Positions 55,300 to 64,000 of a DNA stretch of 64,000 bases are shown here, piece by piece (within the stretch, counting starts at the first letter, position 1; each line of letters begins with the position of its first letter). Source of the stretch: Gemmatimonadota bacterium (GTDB lineage Bacteria > Gemmatimonadota > Gemmatimonadetes > Gemmatimonadales > GWC2-71-9); NCBI GenBank assembly GCA_036679605.1, contig JAZDCZ010000123.1, forward strand, positions 1-64,000, in the 5' to 3' direction. The translations under genes and the position numbers were made by a program. Below the pieces are notes generated by a model. It had not been told where the DNA came from. It made no database searches and saw only the letters and a list, made by a program, of their open reading frames with translations.

Positions 55300-57572
55300 A
55301 TGCCCTCGGGTACTCCTAGTGGCAGCGCAACAATGAAGCGACTTCCTGCACCTTTGCCGCTTTCGACCCAAATCCTGCCGCCATGCCGTTCGACAACACT
55401 ACGACACACTGCCAGGCCGAGCCCAGTGCCGCGTCCTGCTGCCTTTGTGGTAAAGAACGGTTCAAAGACCTTGGCACGTAGCTCACTTGGAACCCCGGAA
55501 CCCGTGTCAGTAACCGACATCTCGATTTCGTCGCTACCGGTCTGATGGACGTCGAGCGTGACGGTACCGCCTCGGGGTGTGGCATCTGCCGCGTTCAAGA
55601 GCAGATTCATCAGGACGGTTTCAATAGCATTCTCACTTCCCCGCGGAGACGGCAGCTCTTGCTGAACCACGAGGTCAAGGTGGATATCCCTCGACGCAAA
55701 TGTCCGACTGAGCAACCGCGTGAGACGTTCCGACACCGCCCCGAGCGGAATCATGCCGAGGTCTCCTTCATCATCGTGTGCGAACCGCAACAGATCGCGA
55801 GTGACCTCGCCCAATCGATTGGCGTGTTCGCGCAACACCGTCAGATCTCCGTCCAGAAAGCATTCGGGACATCTCTCAGATACCTCACCCTCCATGCACT
55901 CGATGCGATTAGCAATCACTGCAAGCGGGTTATTCAGCTCGTGAGCCAGTCCTGCTGCCATGACACTCACCGCCGAGAGACGCTCTGACCGCCTCATTTG
56001 CTCCTCGAGTTTCTTCTGTGCTCTTGCGTCACGCAGAATCAGGGAGTATCCGATCGGGACTCCTTCATCGTCCCGAATCAGCGTTTCGGTCAAGCTCACG
56101 GGAAAAGGAGAACCATCTTTCGGTGTACGCCGTGTCTGCAGATTTACGACGGAGCCCCGTTTCAAGAGTTCTCGTTCGATGAACGCGGCTTCAGCCTGGG
56201 AGTCTTCATCACGTGGGAGAAGAAGCTTGTCGATGCTCTGATCGAGGGCTTCTGTTACTGTAAATCCGAACAACGTCTCCGCACCATGATTCCACACGCG
56301 AACTCGTCCATCGAGACCGAGTCCCACAATAGCATCGGCCGACCGCTCGAGGATATCTGCGAGTTCCGCGTGCGTTTCAGCAAGTGCGCGGGTGCGCTCC
56401 TCTACCAATTCCTCTAGCCTAGCGCGGTGCTCCGTCAGTTGCGTTGCCATGTCCGAGAAATCGGCCGCAAGGTCCTCGAGTTCATCGTTGGTGGAGATGG
56501 TCAGGGGAACACCGGGTATCCCCCGTGCCAACCTCCGGGCCTCCTGGCTAAGCTGATAGATCGGTTGAGTGAATTGGCGGGCGGCGAGTACCGCCAAACC
56601 CAACACGAGAACAAGGACGGCGAGCCCACCCACAGTAGCCCATCGTCGTAAGGTTGTCACAGATGCCTCAAACGATTCCCTGGCCACAACCCTATACAGT
56701 ACCGGCGATTGAATTCCGGACTCTGAAAGATGCAATGGAACAAAGCTCACGATCCCATGAGTCCGCGTGCTTATCGTTCCCTCTCGCCTAGATAGAAGAG
56801 AATCCACCACCTCCGACGGAAGATCGTTTCGGATGTCGGCTTCACCTCGTGATATCAGCAAACTTGTCCAGTCCGGCTTTCGCGCCGAGTGATACAGCAA
56901 GAGCCCGTCTCCACTCACGAGTCCTGTCACTCCTCTTAGATTCGGGGACCCCTCCTCGAGGCCGGCAAACAAGACCGATGCATATGCCTCACCTATTACG
57001 GCGCCAAGAAACGTCCCGTCGCTTCCCCAGATCGGTAGCACAATAGCAACCGCTGGCAGTGTGGCGACGGAATCCTCAGCGCCGGCGTCCCGACGCAATT
57101 CCACCGGCAGCATGAGTCGCTCGCCCGGCACCAATGCAGAGGCACGGACTGAGTAGTAGAGACTCCCACCGGTGGTTCCGCCACCGGTACCGCGAACTCC
57201 GAACAGAAGTCTGCCGTCTGGATCGATGACTTTGATTTGAAATAACGCCGGGTCAAATGTGAGAAAAGCTGAGAGTTCAGCAGCTATCTCAGCGCGGCGT
57301 GCCTGGCTGACCTCACCGAACAGGGCCTCCAGATATGATTCTGAGAGATAGGCGACGTCCCGCTCGACATCCTGCAGAGATCTCTCCGTCTGACCCCGGG
57401 CCATCGCCAGATCGTGCTCCAAGGTTGCCGTCGCGAGTGCTCGAAGCTGGCGGACTGTTGTCTCAGTAGCCAGGCCCGCGACGACGGCTAGCGGGACGAT
57501 CGCCAGCAAAGCAAATGCTATTACGAGCTTCAGTCGTATAGAAAGCCGCGGAAACAGCTTGTTCAAATTCAT
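55287..57572 (-). CDS. Sensor histidine kinase (periplasmic Cache-like, HAMP, PAS)
   Basis: Two TMs, HAMP, WNHGAETLFG (PAS), LAHELNNPL, GRGTGLGL. Confidence 0.92.
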   Translation of the reverse strand: MNLNKLFPRLSIRLKLVIAFALLAIVPLAVVAGLATETTVRQLRALATATLEHDLAMARGQTERSLQDVERDVAYLSESYLEALFGEVSQARRAEIAAELSAFLTFDPALFQIKVIDPDGRLLFGVRGTGGGTTGGSLYYSVRASALVPGERLMLPVELRRDAGAEDSVATLPAVAIVLPIWGSDGTFLGAVIGEAYASVLFAGLEEGSPNLRGVTGLVSGDGLLLYHSARKPDWTSLLISRGEADIRNDLPSEVVDSLLSRREGTISTRTHGIVSFVPLHLSESGIQSPVLYRVVARESFEASVTTLRRWATVGGLAVLVLVLGLAVLAARQFTQPIYQLSQEARRLARGIPGVPLTISTNDELEDLAADFSDMATQLTEHRARLEELVEERTRALAETHAELADILERSADAIVGLGLDGRVRVWNHGAETLFGFTVTEALDQSIDKLLLPRDEDSQAEAAFIERELLKRGSVVNLQTRRTPKDGSPFPVSLTETLIRDDEGVPIGYSLILRDARAQKKLEEQMRRSERLSAVSVMAAGLAHELNNPLAVIANRIECMEGEVSERCPECFLDGDLTVLREHANRLGEVTRDLLRFAHDDEGDLGMIPLGAVSERLTRLLSRTFASRDIHLDLVVQQELPSPRGSENAIETVLMNLLLNAADATPRGGTVTLDVHQTGSDEIEMSVTDTGSGVPSELRAKVFEPFFTTKAAGRGTGLGLAVCRSVVERHGGRIWVESGKGAGSRFIVALPLGVPEGIWKA

Positions 57573-57773
57573 AGCTGCTGCAGCCGTCCGTCCTCGGCCG
57601 CACCCGAGTCAGCAAGAGATCCTGAGCAGAGCAGGTCCACAATCGCACTCCCCCGAAGAACAACATCTGTGACACAGTGTGTCCCAACTAAGAATCAAGC
57701 CGGATCACTGTGAAGGAGGTGTTAATATTTTGTGAACAAGTACTAAGACTGCCGTCCGGCCTCGATCAGTTCT

Positions 57774-58499
57774 CTAGCCACCACGCCGACGTGGTGTCTT
57801 CTCGAGGGCCTCAGAAATCCAAAACAGATAGCCCGAAGGATAGGAAGGTTGCTGAATGTGAAACGAGTTATGCTCGAAGAGTAGACGCATCAGACGGGGG
57901 AATTCGAACCGCGGATCTCCGGGACCGATCAGTTCGACCGCGCCGTTGAGCTGATAGCTTAGGTACTCCGGACCGGGGCCAGTGTAATGCACCGCCATCA
58001 CCGGATTTCGGATGAGATTCTGATAGGTTTGCCCTTCGAAGATCTCGACGAGTCCGAGCTTGCGCGCATCGACGTGATCTGGGTTGGCATACAAACGCTT
58101 CGCGACGGCTACGCGATCGGATTGACTCTCTTCCCACGGTTTGCCGCTCGCACGCTCAAGGCAATCGTTGAAGATCTCGACATACTCCGCGAGATACTCT
58201 TCTTTGGGTAGCAAGCCGGTAGCCTTCGTGGCAGTGTGAATTGGGAAATCACGGTCACTGTTGATGGTCGCCACAACAGGCAGGTGAGCGTGAAATGCGG
58301 AGATGCGCTCTTTCTTTTCGATGCTGTCGAACATCGCAAGCCGTGCATCGAGCTGCCAACTCAGAAACTTGTCCGGCATCTGACAGATATCGTAACTCTT
58401 GGTACCGGAGTCGGTGGTAACCGTCAGTCTCTCGCCACTGACACAGACATCGGACATTGCAGTCGTCATTAGAGTCTCCAGAACTTGGGTTGTTGCCAC
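57774..58499 (-). CDS. Pyridoxamine 5'-phosphate oxidase-like FMN-binding protein
   Basis: HLPVVAT, EIFEGQTYQNLIRNP, SYQLNG split-barrel-like motifs. Confidence 0.6.
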   Translation of the reverse strand: MATTQVLETLMTTAMSDVCVSGERLTVTTDSGTKSYDICQMPDKFLSWQLDARLAMFDSIEKKERISAFHAHLPVVATINSDRDFPIHTATKATGLLPKEEYLAEYVEIFNDCLERASGKPWEESQSDRVAVAKRLYANPDHVDARKLGLVEIFEGQTYQNLIRNPVMAVHYTGPGPEYLSYQLNGAVELIGPGDPRFEFPRLMRLLFEHNSFHIQQPSYPSGYLFWISEALEKTPRRRGG

Positions 58500-58668
58500 T
58501 CAGTCCACACATCCAAGAAAGAAGGATCGCTTGGGATGGGACCATGTAACTAAACCGGACCACTATGAAGAAGACATTAAGATTCTGTGAACTGGAAATC
58601 GGCACGCGAGCGGTTCATCTTGTCTCGGTGCATTCCTCAAAGTTGCTACAGCCTCTGGAGGAGACCAA

Positions 58669-61600
58669 ATGATACGGGATCAGCCCCGTCCAGTCACAGA
58701 TATGGAGATAGAAAGCAAACAGGGGATTTGCGGAATTTGTCCGGCGGGCTGTTGGGTTGAGGTCGGTCTTGAGGACGGCCGTTTGGTCAACATCCAGGCG
58801 GCAAAGGGTCATCCGCTAGGCATGATCTGCCGGCGAGGACAACACGCTCCAGAGATCATCTACTCGGAACATCGCATAAAGTATCCGCAGCGACGGGTGG
58901 GTCCCAAGGGAAGTCACGAGTTCGAGCGCATTGGCTGGGAAGAAGCCTACGACACAATCGTTGCCCGCCTAAACCACATCAAAGAAGAATCCGGCCCCGA
59001 GGCCGTGGCTATCTACACGGGGCGTGGAGCGTTTGAACTGTCTCTGTGCGACACATTTCAGCCCAAGGGAGTCGCGGTCTCATCGGCCTCCAGTGTTCTG
59101 TTCCCCTTCGGTTCACCCAATACTATGGGCGTTGGCGCTCTATGCTACGTGTCCTTCGCAATGATTGCTCCACACGTGACCATGGGGCGGATGTTGGTCG
59201 ACATGTTCTCCGACATAGAGAACTCAGAGTTGCTCCTGGTCTGGGGTGCGAATCCCGCTACCGATTCACCTCCCTTGGACATGCACCGGCTCCAAGCAGC
59301 CGCAAGGCGCGGTGCGGAGATAGTGGTCATCGATCCCCGCCGCACAGAGACCGCACAACTGACCGGCGCCCGGTGGATTCCGATCCGCCCTGGTACTGAC
59401 GGAGCGCTGGCGTTAGGCATGATCGCAGTCATGATCGAGGAAGATTTATACGACGAGGATTTCGCCGATAATTGGTGTCACGGATTCGACGGACTTGCAA
59501 CCTACGTGCAACATTTCCGGCCAGACGTGGTTGAACGAATCACGGGCGTACCTGCGTCGTTCGTCCGCGACATGGCACGGCGGATCTGCAGCGCAACCGG
59601 TGCGTGCCCGTTGATGTACACCGGTCTGGAATACTCGAACAGCGGCGTACAGGCAATTCGAGCCGTGCTGACACTCTTCGCGCTCGGCGGACAACTCGAT
59701 GTGCCGGGAGGCATCGGACTCGCCATGCTGGACACTCACTTCCCCGTCAATCGGTCAGATAACCTGCCGAACCCGAATCTCGATCTGGCCGTTGCACGGG
59801 ACAAATTCCCTATCTACAGCGACTATAGGGGAGAGTCTCACGCCAGCGGTCTCATCGACTCCGTCATTCGAGGGGAGCCCTACCGAATCCGAGGATTGAT
59901 CGTCCAAGGTGCTTCGATTCTCACCTCCTGGCCACAGACGGAGGTCTGGCGCGAGACTCTGTCGACATTGGATTTCCTCGTATGCATCGATCGGCAACTG
60001 ACGGCCGATGCAGCATACGCTGATATCGTGCTCCCCGCCACTACGATGTTCGAAATCAATTCCTACATGGCCTATGGCCCCATTTTCCGGCTTCGCGAGG
60101 CACTCATTGAGCCGGTCGGAGAGGCCAGAAACGACTGTCTCATAATGGTCGAACTCGCTGCGCGACTGGGCTACGGTCACTTGTATCCGCAAAGCGAGGA
60201 GGCCGTGATCCGATCGGCGCTTCGCGGCTCGGGTTACAGTCTGGAGGACGTCCAAGCTGCTGGAGGGTCGGTAAGAATTCCGACCCCGATGATGGAGTAC
60301 CGCAAATGGCAGAAGGGAGGGCTCCGAGCGGACGGGCAACCGGGGTTCGCGACTCCCACAGGAAAGTTCGAGATTCACTCAACCGTTTTGGAAGATTATG
60401 GATACGAGCCGCTTCCCAAGTACGTAGAGCCAATGGAAGGTCCGCTACAGGACCCGGCGACGGCCGAAACGTTTCCACTTGTGTTCAACTCCGGTGCGCG
60501 ACCGCAGACGGACTTCCGGTCACAACATCACGGAGTGGCAGGTCTGGCTAAGGAACACCCCGAGCCGACTGTCAACCTGAATGTCCATGACGCCCGTTCG
60601 CGAGCGATACAGTCAGGCGATTTGGTCGAGGTGCGCACCAAGCGCGGTGCAGTCACGTTCCGCGCCAGCGTGGACGAGAACATTGTGAAGGGTGCCGTCG
60701 AGTGCAGCATGGGCGGTGGCACTCCCGTCGGTCCGACGGCCTGGCGTGAGTGGAACGTCAATCTCCTCACAGACATGTCGAACTACGACGAGATATCAGG
60801 TTTCCCAGTCTTCAAAGCACTGCTTTGCGAAGTCGTGAAGGTCAAGAATGGCTCGCATTTGGCACCAGTTGAGATAGGGCAACTGCGCGAAGTACCTCCC
60901 ACGTCAAAGGCCACGGAAAGACGAATCTACCTGGACAACAACGCGACCACACGTGTAGCAGATGCCGTGGGTGACGTGATGCAGCCCTATCTACAGAGCC
61001 GGCACGGCAATCCTTCCAGCATTCACAGTACTGGTCGCGACGCGCGAGAAGGAACGGAGAAGGCGCGACGTCAGGTGGCGGCGTTGATCAACTGCCGGCC
61101 TAGGCGTGTGATCTTTACGGGAGGCGGCTCAGAGGCAGACAATCTTGCACTCAAGGGAATCGCCCACGCTTACAGAAAGAGCGGGAACCACATCATCACG
61201 AGTCGGATCGAGCATCCTGCCGTTCTCAACGCGTGCGAGAGCCTAGGTCGGACGGGATACAGCATCACCTACTTGCCCGTGGATGAACACGGGTCTGTTG
61301 ATCCCGTCGATCTCGCTCAGGCTATCACACCTGACACGATTCTCGTATCCATAATGCTGGCCAACAACGAGGTTGGGACGGTTCAGCCTATCGGCGAGTT
61401 GTGCCACATTGCGCATGAGAAGGGAATCTTGTTCCACACCGACGCAGTTCAAGCGGCTGGAAAGATCCCCATCGACGTTGAAGAGATGAGCGTAGACTTG
61501 CTCACGCTTTCGGCCCACAAGTTCCATGGGCCCAAGGGCGTAGGTGCTCTATATCTCAAGAAAGGGATACGACTCGAACCACTGATTCACGGTGGTCAAC

Positions 61601-62076
61601 AGGAGGGCGGGTTGCGCGGCGGTACGGAAAACGTCCCTGGGATTGTGGGCATGGGGCAAGCGGCTGAGTTGGCGCGGAGCACATTACGTAGCTCGCCGGC
61701 CGTAGAGCAACTTCGAGATCAACTCGAAGCAGGCATTCGAGAATTCGTACCGAACGTCAAGCTCAACGGCCCAGCGCATAACAGACTTCCTAACACACTC
61801 AACGTCACCCTTCCAGAACTACGAGGTGAATCAGTCGTGATCGCGCTCGACCAGCACGGGATCTCTCTCTCTTCGGGCTCGGCATGCAAATCTGGATCGC
61901 CGAAGCCGACGCATGTGTTGATGGCGATGGGAAGAACTGAGGCCGACGCTCATTGCGCGCTGCGATTCTCGCTGTCGCACTACACAACTCGCGACGACAT
62001 AGACACTACGTTGTCCGCGCTCGCCCACGTCCTCCATGAGATGGCGACCACCGTGAGGTTTCTACCCTGTAAGTAA
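58669..62076 (+). CDS. Fusion of a DMSO-reductase-family molybdopterin oxidoreductase and an IscS/NifS cysteine desulfurase
   Basis: CGICPAGC...CRRG, GALCYVS, WGANP, PGTDGAL, ADIVLPA; then IYLDNNATT, HTDAVQA, SAHKFHGPKG, SSGSAC; one uninterrupted 1135-aa ORF with RBS GGAGGAG. Confidence 0.92.
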   Translation: MIRDQPRPVTDMEIESKQGICGICPAGCWVEVGLEDGRLVNIQAAKGHPLGMICRRGQHAPEIIYSEHRIKYPQRRVGPKGSHEFERIGWEEAYDTIVARLNHIKEESGPEAVAIYTGRGAFELSLCDTFQPKGVAVSSASSVLFPFGSPNTMGVGALCYVSFAMIAPHVTMGRMLVDMFSDIENSELLLVWGANPATDSPPLDMHRLQAAARRGAEIVVIDPRRTETAQLTGARWIPIRPGTDGALALGMIAVMIEEDLYDEDFADNWCHGFDGLATYVQHFRPDVVERITGVPASFVRDMARRICSATGACPLMYTGLEYSNSGVQAIRAVLTLFALGGQLDVPGGIGLAMLDTHFPVNRSDNLPNPNLDLAVARDKFPIYSDYRGESHASGLIDSVIRGEPYRIRGLIVQGASILTSWPQTEVWRETLSTLDFLVCIDRQLTADAAYADIVLPATTMFEINSYMAYGPIFRLREALIEPVGEARNDCLIMVELAARLGYGHLYPQSEEAVIRSALRGSGYSLEDVQAAGGSVRIPTPMMEYRKWQKGGLRADGQPGFATPTGKFEIHSTVLEDYGYEPLPKYVEPMEGPLQDPATAETFPLVFNSGARPQTDFRSQHHGVAGLAKEHPEPTVNLNVHDARSRAIQSGDLVEVRTKRGAVTFRASVDENIVKGAVECSMGGGTPVGPTAWREWNVNLLTDMSNYDEISGFPVFKALLCEVVKVKNGSHLAPVEIGQLREVPPTSKATERRIYLDNNATTRVADAVGDVMQPYLQSRHGNPSSIHSTGRDAREGTEKARRQVAALINCRPRRVIFTGGGSEADNLALKGIAHAYRKSGNHIITSRIEHPAVLNACESLGRTGYSITYLPVDEHGSVDPVDLAQAITPDTILVSIMLANNEVGTVQPIGELCHIAHEKGILFHTDAVQAAGKIPIDVEEMSVDLLTLSAHKFHGPKGVGALYLKKGIRLEPLIHGGQQEGGLRGGTENVPGIVGMGQAAELARSTLRSSPAVEQLRDQLEAGIREFVPNVKLNGPAHNRLPNTLNVTLPELRGESVVIALDQHGISLSSGSACKSGSPKPTHVLMAMGRTEADAHCALRFSLSHYTTRDDIDTTLSALAHVLHEMATTVRFLPCK

Positions 62077-62104
62077 GCAGAATGCGGCAGAGCGAATCGC
62101 AATC

Positions 62105-62821
62105 TTAACGAGACATGCCGGCAACCACCTGCCTTGGAGCTACCCGGGATATCACTGCCCCTACAATATCGTCCGCCTTCCAACCGTTTTTCTCGTATTC
62201 GGGAAAGAGAGGGTCAGGTGCCCCATCCGGCTCGCCGTGACACGGTAGGCACCCGTCGGTGGCCTTGATCGGCTCTGCATAATAGTAGGCTTCGGGAAGC
62301 GAGCGCTCCTCTCTTGGGCTACCGTCTTGGATTGCACGTAGCATTCCGCGCGCGACCGAATCTCCCCGATTGTTGTCGTTTCGCGGATCTTGAACTACCA
62401 TCTTAACCCACGCCCTGCCGCCAGTTGCGCCAGGCACGACTTCGGCGAAAACTCTATCCGCGACCGCAGCCGGGAGAATCGTGTTCTTCGCGAGCCAACG
62501 CTGATAGAGCAGATTGACGCCCGGGAATCGCGTCTGTGCCCTGTTGTAGTGGTCCCCGATGACCGCTCGTGTCTTGAGTTCGAGCTTGACCAGCAAGTAT
62601 GCCAGTTCCTCGTCGCCCGTCTTCTGCAGGTAGCTGGTTTCGTCTGGAGCGGCTTCCGGGGCTGCGCCCGGCCCGGCCCGCACAATCGCTAACAGCGCCA
62701 CTCCAAATAGCAAGAACATGGCGAACAACGCCACCGCAACACCCCTTTGCACGTCTTTCTTTTGCACCCCTTGTCTCCTCGTCTCGATTCTGGCGGATGA
62801 GAGCTTCACGTCCGACATCAC
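62105..62821 (-). CDS. Membrane-anchored DUF3365/Tll0287-like heme c protein
   Basis: TM; PRNDNN, YYYAEPI, CLPCHGEP, GWKADDIVGAV. Confidence 0.8.
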   Translation of the reverse strand: MMSDVKLSSARIETRRQGVQKKDVQRGVAVALFAMFLLFGVALLAIVRAGPGAAPEAAPDETSYLQKTGDEELAYLLVKLELKTRAVIGDHYNRAQTRFPGVNLLYQRWLAKNTILPAAVADRVFAEVVPGATGGRAWVKMVVQDPRNDNNRGDSVARGMLRAIQDGSPREERSLPEAYYYAEPIKATDGCLPCHGEPDGAPDPLFPEYEKNGWKADDIVGAVISRVAPRQVVAGMSR

Positions 62822-62895
62822 GCACGCACGTGTCGCGTCGTCGGTCAGTCGACCGATGAGTGCGGGAGTATAGTGCGGGGTGGGAAGTCTTCGCC

Positions 62896-62931
62896 TTGAC
62901 CGGACACAAGCCCGGCGTTGACGAATATCAA
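62896..62931. promoter_or_regulatory. Two FNR/Crp-type boxes upstream of the DUF3365-like gene
   Basis: TTGAC-GAAT-ATCAA (62918-62931) and TTGAC-CGGA-CACAA (62896-62909) vs FNR consensus TTGAT-N4-ATCAA. Confidence 0.6.
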
Positions 62932-62935
62932 GATG

Positions 62936-63679
62936 TCAAAGTCCAGCCACTCGCTGCAAGGAGTCGACGTCCCGGATCCGGATGCGCGAATCGTGCATCT
63001 CGATGATGCCGCGCACTTTGAGTTCGCTACGGGCCCGGCAAACGGTTTCTGGTGAGAGTCCGAGAATGCCACCCAAGTCCCCCAAGGTCAGGTCGTCGGG
63101 CGCCGTGGCGTCGTCCGTAGAATTGCTTTGCGACGACACATGAAGGATGTATCCGGCCAGTCTTGCGGAGGCGCTCGGAACTCCTAGAAACGCCTGCTGT
63201 TCTCGCGTGCGGCAGAGTTGCCGGTGCAGATAACGAGTCAGGTCCACAGCAATGCCGGGTACTTCGGCCATCAATCTCTTCAACTCGTCCCCCGACGCAA
63301 GACACAGCTCGGCATCCGTCAACGCCTCGGCGCCGGTAGCGTAGGTGCTGTCGAAGACCGCTTCAAAACCGAACAGGTCGCCGGATTCCAGAACCGCCGC
63401 AACGTGTTCGCGACCGCTAGCGTCTAGCTTGACCAGCTTGATTCTGCCCGAGCGGATGGCATATAGATGCGCAGACCTGTTCCCCTCGGTGTATAGGATT
63501 TGACGCCGCCTGACCCGGTTGAGCCACATTCGCTCGCATATCGAGTCAATCGTTGAAGCCGGTAGCGCTGCAGCACGAAGACCCTTGAGGAGAATGCAAC
63601 TGCGGCAGTCAGACGTGCGGGTTTTGCGCCCTGGAATGCGCGGAACGAATTGGCTCCTTAAGACATGCTTCTGTCGCAT
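62936..63679 (-). CDS. Crp/Fnr-family transcriptional regulator with N-terminal cysteines
   Basis: CRSC...C near N-terminus, cNMP-like barrel (LYAIRSGRIKL, GDLFG, AEALTDAELC), HTH GLSPETVCR. Confidence 0.88.
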   Translation of the reverse strand: MRQKHVLRSQFVPRIPGRKTRTSDCRSCILLKGLRAAALPASTIDSICERMWLNRVRRRQILYTEGNRSAHLYAIRSGRIKLVKLDASGREHVAAVLESGDLFGFEAVFDSTYATGAEALTDAELCLASGDELKRLMAEVPGIAVDLTRYLHRQLCRTREQQAFLGVPSASARLAGYILHVSSQSNSTDDATAPDDLTLGDLGGILGLSPETVCRARSELKVRGIIEMHDSRIRIRDVDSLQRVAGL

Positions 63680-63749
63680 ACGGCAGTGCTCCCTTCGAGT
63701 TGACCACCCGTCAGCTAAAGACTAACCGACTTGGGCCGCGACGACCAGC

Positions 63750-64000
63750 CTAGAACCGCACCATGGCCTGCAGGAACGCCCATTGGAGATTGTCGTCCCC
63801 CAAGCCCGCGGCTGCAGCACCCGAGTTAGGCTCGAACACGCCGAACCCACCGAGTAGCGTCAAACCCGGGGCCAGAACACGACCTGCCGTAACGTCTAAC
63901 TCCACACCGATGTTACGTTCACCACTCGGGGCTTTGCGCCCAAGCTGAAAGCGATGCAAATCAGATCGGACCGTCCATGGGCCGGGGCGCACCGAAGCCC
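63750..64000 (-). CDS. 3' end of an outer-membrane beta-barrel (alginate-export-family-like), partial
   Basis: IGVELDV...LLGGFGVFEP...WAFLQAMVRF* with terminal Phe. Confidence 0.65.
   Translation of the reverse strand, partial: ASVRPGPWTVRSDLHRFQLGRKAPSGERNIGVELDVTAGRVLAPGLTLLGGFGVFEPNSGAAAAGLGDDNLQWAFLQAMVRF

Noticed and set aside
57668..57747. GACACA-G-TGTGTC palindrome and a Rex-like half site TTGTGAA upstream of the PAS kinase
   Set aside because: Single occurrences with no supporting promoter or second copy; too weak to call
58598..58616. sigma54 promoter TCGGCACGCGAGCGGT upstream of the Mo-IscS fusion
   Set aside because: Good -24 element but the -12 position is GT, not GC

Overview
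Gene-dense, moderately GC-rich bacterial window from a Gram-negative organism (beta-barrels, lipoproteins, TolC). Gemmatimonadota-like is my weak guess from the NuoA sequence. No rRNA, tRNA, CRISPR array or transposase was seen. Three blocks are present. (1) ~1.7-23.0 kb is a copper-homeostasis island: ccmF/ccmH plus zinc-ribbon genes, CopA, an orphan nuoA, a sigma54 two-component system, a Met-rich Spy/ZraP-like protein, cusCBA, PII-like, TlpA and accessory genes. Five of its transcription units share a sigma54 promoter plus a GGGTCA-NN-TRCCCC-like enhancer layout. It is bounded by two broken genes (a patatin and a Cyc2-like gene), and its CusA lacks the canonical proton-relay Asp and Lys. 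(2) ~23.6-57.6 kb is a large heme- and copper-rich electron-transfer cluster. It encodes a Qrc/ACIII-like module with a tetraheme, a porin with two diheme cytochromes, and a CydB-less bd-like oxidase with its cytochrome partners. It also encodes an 849-aa secreted helical protein with a C-terminal cytochrome c, two cytochrome-porin fusions (one Cyc2-like), four amicyanin-type cupredoxin-like proteins and a lipoprotein with four tandem type-1 copper domains. This block is the best candidate for an undescribed system: a surface-to-oxidase lithotrophic or extracellular electron-uptake chain. (3) ~57.8-64 kb holds an FMN-binding protein, a molybdopterin oxidoreductase-cysteine desulfurase fusion, a DUF3365-like heme protein with FNR-type boxes, an Fnr/Crp regulator and a partial porin. 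All family calls come from motif recognition by eye; no database searches were run.
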